The position numbers were made by a program, and so were the translations under genes. The notes below the pieces were generated by a model that worked only from the letters and a program-made list of their open reading frames with translations, was not told where the DNA came from and made no database searches. Positions 1 to 9,060 of a DNA stretch of 64,000 nt are shown piece by piece. Within the stretch, counting starts at the first letter, position 1. Each line of letters starts with the position of its first letter. The DNA is taken from positions 128,001 through 192,000 of the forward strand of contig CAVRDX010000003.1 of NCBI GenBank assembly GCA_963719945.1, written 5' to 3'. The DNA comes from an uncultured Thermoplasmata archaeon. Lineage in GTDB: Archaea > Thermoplasmatota > Thermoplasmata > UBA10834.

Positions 1-815
1 TCGAACTCTTCGCTGCTCACTTCCCTGATACCCAGCGCAGCGAACCTCTCGCTCAGACCCCTGTAGATCGGTTTCGACATGCTCTTCTTGTGGAAGTAGA
101 CGATCTTCGCGTCGTTGCTCTTCTGAGCCATCTGCAGTATCATCTCATCGCTCAACGAATCGAGTGCGTAATTGGCTGCCATGTGTCCTATCGAAACCCT
201 TCTAGCTAGCGCGATATCGGTGTATCTCGGCGCATAATGTCCACCGCCGACTCCTACGACGGATGGATGTCCGTCATCCGATACGGCGAGTATGGATGTC
301 GCTATGGCTTCTGCCGCATCCTCTCTTCCCCAGAGTTCCTCGTGACTTCCTATCTCGATGTAGAATGCAGGTGCGGTGAGAAGCAGCGGGCCATGGTGCG
401 TGGTCTCGAATGAAACGTTGAATCCCATACCCTGGGCCTCCCTCGAGAGGCATCTGAGGGCTGATGTCATGAAGCCCGGATGTGTCTTGCACAACGTAGC
501 GCTCCTGCCACCGAAATCTGCCGAGGAATAGTTGCCGATTGGATGGACCGTCAGTGTCGGTATCTTGGACGCGGCCCTGTGCCTGGAAGCGAATATCACG
601 ACCTCTATCTCACACCCTAGGACTTGCGAAACCCGTTCATCGATATTGTCCTCATCAAGATGTATGCGGTCGACCTGCACCATCGCGAAATCATCTCTGC
701 GGAGGACCGGATGCCCCTCAAACATGCTGCTCTCCGACCATCCAGACCTTTCAAGGAGTCTGGACCTGATGTTCATCGACGCATTGTCCTCGGAGGAAGT
801 GACTATTATCTTCAC
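1..815 (-). CDS. dtdA: D-aminoacyl-tRNA deacylase (archaeal DTD2), 3' end runs off the window
   Basis: Not in the ORF track. Manual translation from GTG at 815 (SD-like GGTGAGG upstream) gives MKIIVTSSEDNASMNI...FASRH...LTVHPIGN...FETTHHGP...FYIEIGS...VGVGGGHYAPRYT, which are DTD2 motifs. Confidence 0.88.
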   Translation of the reverse strand, partial: MKIIVTSSEDNASMNIRSRLLERSGWSESSMFEGHPVLRRDDFAMVQVDRIHLDEDNIDERVSQVLGCEIEVVIFASRHRAASKIPTLTVHPIGNYSSADFGGRSATLCKTHPGFMTSALRCLSREAQGMGFNVSFETTHHGPLLLTAPAFYIEIGSHEELWGREDAAEAIATSILAVSDDGHPSVVGVGGGHYAPRYTDIALARRVSIGHMAANYALDSLSDEMILQMAQKSNDAKIVYFHKKSMSKPIYRGLSERFAALGIREVSSEEF

Positions 816-994
816 GCATACCTCACCGACGATATCCGCAATAACACTTTCACTCGCCAATTGTCGAGACCATCGAAAGGGCGGAGTCGCCCTTCAGGCG
901 AAAGATGCGATCCTCGATAGTCGCCCACTCAGGGCTGTTCCATTGCCGTATCTCGTCAGGAAAATGCCTTATATCCTTACCATGCTAGACCCAT

Positions 995-1924
995 TTGATG
1001 CCAGCGCCAATCAAGACCACGACCATAGGAAGCCTTCCGAGATTCTCAGACGACATAGAAGACTCTCTCGTGAGTGCGATAGAGTTCCAGCAGAGCATGG
1101 GTCTTGACCTGCTCACTGATGGCGAGCAGCGGTCCGACATGGTATCATATTTCGCCGAGTCATTCCAAGGCCTCGATGTGAAGAACGGTTTCCCTGTCGT
1201 ATCTGGCAAGATTCGTCTTCAGGGTAGACCCGAAGAATTCTCGAAGGTCAAGGATTTGGATACTATCCTCGAAAAGTTCCCCGATACTACCATCAAGGTC
1301 GCCCTTACAGGCCCGACCACTCTGGGTATGACGTGCGCCTCGAGGAAGATCGAGTCGCATTACCGAGGGCTACTCGATTTCACGCTCTATGAGGACATCG
1401 CATCAGCCCTTACACCCATAGCGGAGTCATTGATCGACAGAGGAGCCTATGTGCAGATAGACGAGCCCTTCCTCTCTCAGGGTTTCAAGGACTTGCCTGC
1501 GAGGGTGGCCCTCATAGATCGGATTGCAGAGGGGTTGCCACGGAACCATGTCAGCCTGCATGTCTGTGGCTATGTCGGTCGATTCGATATCGTGAACCAT
1601 CTCCTCGGATTGGACAACGTTTCCACTCTGAGCTTCGCATTCTCGGGCCAAATGGAGAAGAGGAATATCGAACACATAGATCGGAAGCCTTTCGAAGACC
1701 ACACCATGACTCTTGGCGCAGGATGCATCTCAGTCTCACCTTTATCCGAGAAGGAAGTCGATTCTACAGACATGGTCAAGACGAAGCTCGGTCAGATCGC
1801 TGATCGCATTGGATGGGAGAATATCGAATATGTCCACCCGGACTGTGGTTTGAGGGCAACCAAAAAGGACCTTGTCCCAATCATCCTGAAGAACATGAGG
1901 GCCGGAGCGGAGCTTTCCCACTGA
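995..1924 (+). CDS. Core (MetE C-terminal-like) methionine synthase
   Basis: TTIGSLPR, TDGEQR, GPTT, QIDEP and Zn ligands LHVCG and HPDCGLR; single-barrel length of about 310 aa. Confidence 0.8.
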   Translation: MMPAPIKTTTIGSLPRFSDDIEDSLVSAIEFQQSMGLDLLTDGEQRSDMVSYFAESFQGLDVKNGFPVVSGKIRLQGRPEEFSKVKDLDTILEKFPDTTIKVALTGPTTLGMTCASRKIESHYRGLLDFTLYEDIASALTPIAESLIDRGAYVQIDEPFLSQGFKDLPARVALIDRIAEGLPRNHVSLHVCGYVGRFDIVNHLLGLDNVSTLSFAFSGQMEKRNIEHIDRKPFEDHTMTLGAGCISVSPLSEKEVDSTDMVKTKLGQIADRIGWENIEYVHPDCGLRATKKDLVPIILKNMRAGAELSH

Positions 1925-1949
1925 CCCTCTGGAACCTGGTCTGATTGAC

Positions 1950-3230
1950 TTGAGTTCGCCATTGCTCGATGCGGATGCAGCGAGGCGGAATGTCAATTAC
2001 CTCGCCGGCCTCGATTTCATCATCAGCCTGGGCTTCGGCCTCATTCTACCACTCTTTCCAACTTATGTGGAGCTCCTCGGCGGAGGTGGGCTGGAGGTAG
2101 GGATACTATTTTCATCCTTCGTCCTCACGAGGGCGCTCTTTGCGACCACGTTCGGGAACCTCTCAGATCGTTTGGGCAGGAAGCCCATGATCCTATTCGG
2201 AACCATCCTTTATGCGGTTCTGGCAATCCTGTTCGTAGTCCCGAACTCATGGTTCGGCCTCATATTCGTGAGAGGGTTCCAAGGCGTGGCAAGCGCTATG
2301 GTGTGGCCAGTCACTGAAGCTCTGGTCATCGATTCCACGCCTGCCAACAAGCGGGGGGCCTCCATGGGCAAACTCGTTATGGCCTCCAACCTAGGATTCG
2401 TCATAGGGCCATTCGTTGGCGGCTCTCTCTTCATACTCGCCAGTGAATATATGGGCTACACCGACCAGGAAGCCTTCAGACTCCCGTTCTACTTCACCGC
2501 AGCGCTCTCAGTCATAGCCGCAATACTCGTGTGGCGGAAGGTGACCGATGCGAAGGTCGCTGATCGGACCAAGAAGAAACTCAGGTTGCGGGAGTTGATC
2601 CGTCCAGAAGGTGTTGAACCTAAAAGGCTCCGTCACCTGAAGATACTGTATGCGAACGCGATGATGGAAGGCTTCTCGTTCGCGAGCATCGGACCTCTGG
2701 TGGTCTTGTTCCTCGCGTTCCGCTTTTCTATGGGTGCAGGAGTCATATCGATACTGATGGGGGTGGCCATGGGATTGGGCGCATTGATTGCACTTCCATC
2801 TGGTAGGATGGCGGATCGAGTCGGGAAGAAACGAATGTTTGTCATGGGAGGATACGTCGCATTCATCGCCACGATACTTCTCCCGCTCAGTCCCGTGCTC
2901 GCGGTAGTCGTTGTCATGCTAGCTTGCAGAAGCATGGCCTTCCAAGTCTCATCACCTGCTTTGAGGGCACTTCAGGCAGACATCGTCCCCGAGAACGTCC
3001 GCGGGAGATTGATTGGATTACTCGAATCGATGACCAATATGGGATCGGTGATAGGTGCACCTCTCGGCGGCTTCCTTTGGGATACTTTCCAAGGTAGGGA
3101 TTTCGGATTTCCATCACCTTTCGACGGTTCAATGATCCCCTTCCTGCTTTCCGGAATCGTGGGCCTATTCACGATATCCATGGTGCACTTCCTCGTTCAT
3201 GAGGAAACGCCCCAGTCCCCTATGGATTGA
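1950..3230 (+). CDS. MFS transporter
   Basis: About 12 hydrophobic segments; motif A copies GNLSDRLGRK and GRMADRVGKK. Confidence 0.9.
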   Translation: MSSPLLDADAARRNVNYLAGLDFIISLGFGLILPLFPTYVELLGGGGLEVGILFSSFVLTRALFATTFGNLSDRLGRKPMILFGTILYAVLAILFVVPNSWFGLIFVRGFQGVASAMVWPVTEALVIDSTPANKRGASMGKLVMASNLGFVIGPFVGGSLFILASEYMGYTDQEAFRLPFYFTAALSVIAAILVWRKVTDAKVADRTKKKLRLRELIRPEGVEPKRLRHLKILYANAMMEGFSFASIGPLVVLFLAFRFSMGAGVISILMGVAMGLGALIALPSGRMADRVGKKRMFVMGGYVAFIATILLPLSPVLAVVVVMLACRSMAFQVSSPALRALQADIVPENVRGRLIGLLESMTNMGSVIGAPLGGFLWDTFQGRDFGFPSPFDGSMIPFLLSGIVGLFTISMVHFLVHEETPQSPMD

Positions 3231-3310
3231 TTTATTCACTTCAAGAAGGCAATGACGATTCCTTCGTATCATGGCAGAATTGAGAAACACGGATTGCATG
3301 TGATAATCGC

Positions 3311-3320
3311 CTTTATATAA
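3311..3320 (+). promoter_or_regulatory. TATA box, probably leaderless transcript
   Basis: CTTTATATAA about 25 nt upstream of the ATG at 3345. Confidence 0.5.
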
Positions 3321-3344
3321 CGGGTTTTCGGATTAATCATCTGC

Positions 3345-5768
3345 ATGGGTGGAACGCTAACAGTTTCTGAGAGGATCATATTCCATCTGAACCAATATCT
3401 CAAACATGAGGACAAATACGAGGTTCCATTCGATGTGACTCAGGATGGGATATCGCAGGCATGTTCCATCTCTCGGGCGCATGCGGCGATCGAGCTTAAG
3501 AAGCTCAAGTCTTCGGGATTGATCGACGAGCGTCTCTCGCATGTTAGGCGAGGCAAAACGAGACGGAAAGCGTATTTCCTCACCCCTGAGGGCAAGTCAA
3601 ATGGCGCGACGATCGTCCAGTACGTGAAAGATAACGGAATCGACCCGATGGTCGACCCGTCCAAGGTAGTGCCGATGACAAATGGGGCGAAGACCAGGGC
3701 TGCTAGGAAATCATCTCCGCTGCCTTCGATCAAGTCATTCTATGGGCGGGAGAAAGAGATTGCATCCATGCAAGCTGCGGTATCTGATTCTACCAGCAAG
3801 ATCGTTTGCGTGAAAGGTATCGCCGGTATCGGAAAGACGACACTTGTCGCGAAGGTCGCATCGGATCTCGCAGGACAGAGAGTATTCTGGCACTCTGTGA
3901 AACCATGGGATGTAACGAAGACACTGATCGATTCGTTGGCGAGATTCTTTTCAGACAATGGGTGTCGGAAATTATCCGCCTATCTCACTTCGGGGAAGGC
4001 TGAACTCGGCGAACTCAGCGTTCTTCTCAACGAGGAACTTGCGGAGAACGGATTCACATTCATATTCGATGATGCTGACGCCTCCGATGACCTCGTTGAT
4101 TTCTTTATGATGTTCAGACACAGCAGCGGGTCTGCGAAGATAATCATGACCGCTGAGGGTGTCACACGATTCTATGATAAGTCCGATGTCGTGGCCAGGA
4201 ACGAGGTATGTGAAATCGATCTCGACGGGCTCGAACTGAATGCATCACTGAGGCTACTCGAAGACCGCGGTATCAAAGGCGATGTGGCGAAACAGCTTGT
4301 CTCATTGACCAAAGGTCATCCTCTCTCTCTTGAGATGATAACCGTCTCGGGTCTCAGCGAGGCCAAATCGCAGGTGTCAAAGTTCCTTGAGGAGAAGTTC
4401 TACGCGGATCTCTCCGACCAGGAGAAATCCCTACTGCAATTCGCTTCGGTATTCAACAGGCCTTTCCCTGCCGAAGCGATACCGAAGGACCTCAGACAGG
4501 TCCGGAAGGGTTCCATGCTCCGCGAGGTGGCTCCCGGTCGGTTCGAGATACATTCCTCATTGAAGAGCTTCGTTTACGACTCGATGCCATCTGATATCCG
4601 TACGTCATGGCACAGTGCTGCAGCCGATTATTACATCAAGGTCGGAGATGGCCCTGAACGGCTTCATCATCTGATCCGTGCGAACAGGCATCTGGAATCG
4701 GAGATCATGATGTCGCGGCTCGGTGAGTCTCTCATGGATGATGGCAACGTCCAGCAGTTGTGGCTCGTCATGAAGGATTTCATCCCAAATAAGACAAAGT
4801 ACGTCCAGTCGGTCACGTTGCTCAAGGCAAAGGTCGCGAACAAGGTCGGCGAGTATTCAGCATCGACGCGCCTTCTCGAAGAGCTTTCCGGATGTGACGA
4901 GGATTCCGTGCGAGCAGAGTCACTGATCGAGCTGGGGAAAATCCGGAGCAAGCAATGTGATCTGAAGCAGGCATCGAAGTTGTTCTCCGAAGCGCTCGAC
5001 TGCGCTCAGGACCTGCCTGCCCAAAGGGCAAAGGCTCTTCGTGGTCAGGGCGTGATTGAGAACAAGTTGGGCAACTTTGAACTGGCGCAGGACCTGCTGG
5101 AATCGAGCGCTCGCGATTCGATGTCCGTCATGGATTCAAAAGGCATGCTGCTGGCCCATCTCGAATTAGGGAATGTCTTCATCGGCCGTGGCCTGTACGA
5201 GGAGGCAATCTCGCATTTCTCGAAGTGCGCGGCCGGGTTCGGCCCGGTAGACCTAGCCAATGTGTATGTGAAGATGGGCATCGCATGCGCTCATCTCGGC
5301 AAGCATGCAGAGGCGAGGTTGCATCTCGAGAACGCTGTCAAGTTGGCGACGGAGACCGGGCAGCCCCGCACGAGGGCATATGCGCAGTCCTCGTTATCGG
5401 AGCTCTTGACCAAGAACGGCGACCCTGCATCTGCCAAGGAACATTGTTTCAGCGCACTCGAGGTATTCACTGAATTGAATGATAAGCTGGGAATGTCGTT
5501 GGCATATGCGAATCTGGGCAAGTCGTCTCAGCTGATGGGTGATTTTGTGACCAGCGAAGAGTACTACCTTGAAAGTCTCGCAGCCATCAAGGATGTTGAT
5601 GCACCAAGACTTCTTGGTATGAGGACGATGGAGCTCGGCCTCGTGTTGATGGACAAGGGCGAAGGGGATCGAGCCAGAAGATGTCTCGAAGATGCCAAGG
5701 CGCTGTCTGAGCGATCCGGATCAGCCGACCTGACAGCTATGATTGAAACTGCCTTGGGCAGACTCTGA
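3345..5768 (+). CDS. wHTH-STAND NTPase-TPR regulator
   Basis: N-terminal wHTH (VTQDGISQACSISRAHAAIELKKL), Walker A GIAGIGKTT, Walker B FIFDD, GHPLSL (GxP) motif, C-terminal TPR-like helical repeats. Confidence 0.8.
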   Translation: MGGTLTVSERIIFHLNQYLKHEDKYEVPFDVTQDGISQACSISRAHAAIELKKLKSSGLIDERLSHVRRGKTRRKAYFLTPEGKSNGATIVQYVKDNGIDPMVDPSKVVPMTNGAKTRAARKSSPLPSIKSFYGREKEIASMQAAVSDSTSKIVCVKGIAGIGKTTLVAKVASDLAGQRVFWHSVKPWDVTKTLIDSLARFFSDNGCRKLSAYLTSGKAELGELSVLLNEELAENGFTFIFDDADASDDLVDFFMMFRHSSGSAKIIMTAEGVTRFYDKSDVVARNEVCEIDLDGLELNASLRLLEDRGIKGDVAKQLVSLTKGHPLSLEMITVSGLSEAKSQVSKFLEEKFYADLSDQEKSLLQFASVFNRPFPAEAIPKDLRQVRKGSMLREVAPGRFEIHSSLKSFVYDSMPSDIRTSWHSAAADYYIKVGDGPERLHHLIRANRHLESEIMMSRLGESLMDDGNVQQLWLVMKDFIPNKTKYVQSVTLLKAKVANKVGEYSASTRLLEELSGCDEDSVRAESLIELGKIRSKQCDLKQASKLFSEALDCAQDLPAQRAKALRGQGVIENKLGNFELAQDLLESSARDSMSVMDSKGMLLAHLELGNVFIGRGLYEEAISHFSKCAAGFGPVDLANVYVKMGIACAHLGKHAEARLHLENAVKLATETGQPRTRAYAQSSLSELLTKNGDPASAKEHCFSALEVFTELNDKLGMSLAYANLGKSSQLMGDFVTSEEYYLESLAAIKDVDAPRLLGMRTMELGLVLMDKGEGDRARRCLEDAKALSERSGSADLTAMIETALGRL

Positions 5769-5793
5769 ATGGCTCCATTCAATTTGGTCAGAG

Positions 5794-7506
5794 TCATCCG
5801 ACCCAAGTGACATGCGTCATCTCACTCGAAGTCGGGTCATAGAGGACTGTCAGCGTATATGTCGAGGTCGAGGAGAACGAATTCGCAGTCAACGAGAGGT
5901 AATCTCCCTGGTTCAAATACCCGTTGCCTGCTAGGTCTGTCACGTTCAACCACACTACGAGTGAGCCCAGCGTCACGGATGCGTAGTTATGCTTCACGAC
6001 TGTCCCACCATCAAGATCGGACGATGATATGTTGATCCACGCAGCAGCATCCGTGCCGTCCGAGATCATTATTGATATGTCCGACCACATTGTCTCAATG
6101 CTGACCGCGGCGAAGATCAGCCTCACGCCATTAGTGATGGTCGACTTAGTCAACTGTGTTGTCGGCGTAATCGTCGTTCCATCGGTTGTGAATTGGTCCT
6201 CTGACATGATTTCGTCGAGCGGTTCATAGATGAAAGCGATGGTGTAAAGAGTATAGTCTTCGAAGGAATCAGTGTTGAGGATGAAGTAATCGGAAACACT
6301 CGCATACCCGTCCCCATCGACATCCACAACAGTCAGTCTTACCACGATATCTCCGAGCGCCTTAGGTCCGTAATCTTGCGAGTCATCAGACTCGTCATTC
6401 AGATCATCTTCAGACAAAGTGTTCCAGGTGACGGTATATTCCTCATCGGAGAGTTCCACTTCTAGGTCAGACCAGATTACCTCGGTGCTGATTCCCAAGA
6501 TGGTAAACATCACGCCGTCGGCGAGCATCTCGCCGCTGACTGACATATATGGGCAATAGAGTGAGTCTTCATTGAATGTATATTCAGCGATAATCCCTTC
6601 GGTCGGTTCATATATGGCTGAGATGACGTAATCCGTTCCATAGTAGAACCCTTCGTCATAGGCGGTGAACCATAGTGTGTCACCACAGGACATGTTGCCG
6701 TCTGCGGAACTATCCACAATCGCCAAAGCAATGATCCGGTCGCCCAAGATCGCACTGCCATACTGCCATACATCATTCGGTTCGCGGCTCAGATCATCCG
6801 ATGATGGTTCCCAAGCGCAGTCGTGATATCCATCTGAGATTGAGATTGAGATATCGTTCCATGAGGTATCAATGCTCATATTGATTACCTGCACGAAGAT
6901 CTCGTTGAAGTAATAGATCCATGTGTCCCCATCGAACTCCCCTGTCGGAGCAGATTGATACGGATCATCCGGGAAGAGATCCCCATTATCTCCAACACCG
7001 TCGCCATCTGAGTCGGATGTCTCTGACGGATCTTCAGGGAATTCGTCCTCGCCATCTCCGACGCCGTCTCCATCCGAATCTACAGATTCGTCTGGGTCGT
7101 CAGGGAAGTCATCAGAATTGTCTCCCACTCCATCGCCATCTGAATCTGCCCATTCATTCTCGTCCTCTGGAAATTCGTCTGAATTATCTCCGTATCCGTC
7201 ATCATCAGCGTCATTCCATTCAGAAACGTCATTCGGGAAATAATCAGAAAAATCTCCTACGCCGTCCCCGTCCGAATCGGACCATTCCGATGGGTCATTT
7301 GGAAAATCATCATTACTATCTGCATGGCCATCTCCATCTGAATCATGCACTGAAGCTAGAGGCGATAGTGATGGACTCATGATGACTGCAGTGAGAAGAA
7401 TCGCGGCGACTCCAACTGATACAGCTACAAGTATCAAATTCATGATGGATACTTGTCTCTTCAACGGTTTGGTGGGAATCGAAATATCATCTGACATGGC
7501 AACCAT
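5794..7506 (-). CDS. Membrane-anchored acidic surface protein with thrombospondin type 3 repeats and three tandem beta-rich domains
   Basis: N-terminal hydrophobic helix, DSDGDGVGD..D.FP.DP.E repeats, then three ~125-aa domains sharing W(S/N)D(I/L) and D...G....(G/S)D motifs. Confidence 0.75.
   Translation of the reverse strand: MVAMSDDISIPTKPLKRQVSIMNLILVAVSVGVAAILLTAVIMSPSLSPLASVHDSDGDGHADSNDDFPNDPSEWSDSDGDGVGDFSDYFPNDVSEWNDADDDGYGDNSDEFPEDENEWADSDGDGVGDNSDDFPDDPDESVDSDGDGVGDGEDEFPEDPSETSDSDGDGVGDNGDLFPDDPYQSAPTGEFDGDTWIYYFNEIFVQVINMSIDTSWNDISISISDGYHDCAWEPSSDDLSREPNDVWQYGSAILGDRIIALAIVDSSADGNMSCGDTLWFTAYDEGFYYGTDYVISAIYEPTEGIIAEYTFNEDSLYCPYMSVSGEMLADGVMFTILGISTEVIWSDLEVELSDEEYTVTWNTLSEDDLNDESDDSQDYGPKALGDIVVRLTVVDVDGDGYASVSDYFILNTDSFEDYTLYTIAFIYEPLDEIMSEDQFTTDGTTITPTTQLTKSTITNGVRLIFAAVSIETMWSDISIMISDGTDAAAWINISSSDLDGGTVVKHNYASVTLGSLVVWLNVTDLAGNGYLNQGDYLSLTANSFSSTSTYTLTVLYDPTSSEMTHVTWVG
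6955..7345 (-). repeat. Coding tandem repeat, about 6 units of ~66 nt (TSP3 Ca-binding repeats)
   Basis: Units DSDGDGHADSNDDFPNDPSEWS / DSDGDGVGDFSDYFPNDVSEWN / DADDDGYGDNSDEFPEDENEWA / DSDGDGVGDNSDDFPDDPDESV / DSDGDGVGDGEDEFPEDPSETS / DSDGDGVGDNGDLFPDDP. Confidence 0.85.
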
Positions 7507-7776
7507 TTCCTGACTTGTGACTGGAACTGGAGCTATATAAATCTCTCATTGGATGTCTACACAAATTTCTGACTGATCTATTGGGATGTTGTCGTTTGAC
7601 TTTCAAGAATATTCATTTTGGTGCGCAAACTAGCTGCCTGCAAATTGCAGACACCTGAATGGATCTCTTCTGTGCGTGGATCAGGTGGTCGATTCGACTC
7701 GTCCATTATTCAAAACCATTTATCTCACAGAACGTTAGATTTATCCAGAGATATTCGATGTGGATATTTGTCCATT

Positions 7777-9045
7777 ATGGGGGCAATTGAGAACCCAGAA
7801 GCAGAATCTAGATTGATGCGCCGTTTCTTTATGATCTGGTCCGCGCAGGCATCGTCCATCGTAGGGAGCCAGATAGTGCAGTTCGCGCTCGTTTGGTGGC
7901 TGACGATCGAAACCGGTTCCGCTACTGTGCTCGCGTTTGCGACGATGATGGCATTGCTCCCGATGATCATAATCGGGCCGTTCGCCGGACCACTTGTCGA
8001 TCGTTGGAATAGACGGCATGTCATGATATTTGCTGACGGAGGAATAGCCCTCGCCACTCTGATCATCGTGTTCCTCTTTTCGATGGGCATCGTCGAGATA
8101 TGGCACATTTACTTGTTGATGTTCATCCGGGCATCGGGGGGCGCGTTCCATTTCCCTGCGATGGCAGCCTCGACCTCTCTGATGGTTCCCAAAAGACATC
8201 TGACTCGTGTCGGTGGAATGAACCAAGCCATATCTGGCGCGGTGAACATAATCGCTCCTCCAATTGCCGCACTGCTTATCGTCCTGATCCCGATGTATGC
8301 AGTTCTATCGATCGACATCGCTACAGCCATAGTGGCTATCACCCCGCTTCTGTTTCTGAAGATACCCCAGCCAGTTAGGAGTGGGGATGTTGATAAGAAG
8401 CTGTCCGTGATAGGTGATATGAAGGAAGGGTTCAGATTTCTCAGGTCGTGGAAAGGCGCTCTCATATTGATTGCGATGGTGATGCTCATCAACCTTGTCT
8501 TCACCCCTGCGATGTCACTGAGTCCGTTGCTCATTACTCTCCATTTCGAGTTGGGTGTCCAAGAGTTCGCGCTATTTGAAATGGTCATCGGCGCATCTTT
8601 CCTATTGGGCGGGATCTTCCTCGGAATCTGGGGCGGATTCAGAAAGAAGATACTGACGATGCTATTCTCGGGGGTCATAGGCGGATTCGGCACGATGATG
8701 GTCGGTCTATGCCCTCCAGATGCTTTCTACATCGCATTGGTCGGCATATTCGTCGCGGGTTTCATGATATCTCTGGTGAACGGGTCCGCGCAAGCGCTGA
8801 TGCAGTCGACAATACCTCCTGAGATGCAGGGTCGTGTGTTCTCCCTGCTCATGAGTGCGACGACCGCCATGGCGCCGATCGGTCTCGCCGTGGCAGGCCC
8901 GGTTGCTGATTCGGTCGGAGTATCGATTTGGTACTTGGCTGCCGGGATCACGCTGACTGTGGTGATGGCTAGTGGTTTCATCATACCTTCATTGCTTCAT
9001 ATGGAAAACGAGTCGTCATGGAAGACTGAAATCAAAGAGCTTTGA
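7777..9045 (+). CDS. MFS transporter, DHA3/MefA-like efflux family
   Basis: FFMIWSAQASSIVGSQIVQFALVWWLT, GPLVDRWNRR, PEMQGRVFS; start moved to the ATG at 7777. Confidence 0.85.
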   Translation: MGAIENPEAESRLMRRFFMIWSAQASSIVGSQIVQFALVWWLTIETGSATVLAFATMMALLPMIIIGPFAGPLVDRWNRRHVMIFADGGIALATLIIVFLFSMGIVEIWHIYLLMFIRASGGAFHFPAMAASTSLMVPKRHLTRVGGMNQAISGAVNIIAPPIAALLIVLIPMYAVLSIDIATAIVAITPLLFLKIPQPVRSGDVDKKLSVIGDMKEGFRFLRSWKGALILIAMVMLINLVFTPAMSLSPLLITLHFELGVQEFALFEMVIGASFLLGGIFLGIWGGFRKKILTMLFSGVIGGFGTMMVGLCPPDAFYIALVGIFVAGFMISLVNGSAQALMQSTIPPEMQGRVFSLLMSATTAMAPIGLAVAGPVADSVGVSIWYLAAGITLTVVMASGFIIPSLLHMENESSWKTEIKEL

Positions 9046-9060
9046 CCAGAATATTATGAA

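Noticed and set aside
532-1107. Plus-strand ORFs at the window start
   Set aside because: They lie antisense to dtdA, which the ORF track missed because it runs off the edge.
6955-7345. Periodic ~66-nt pattern as a CRISPR array
   Set aside because: It is a degenerate in-frame protein repeat (TSP3) with no identical DNA repeats and no cas genes.
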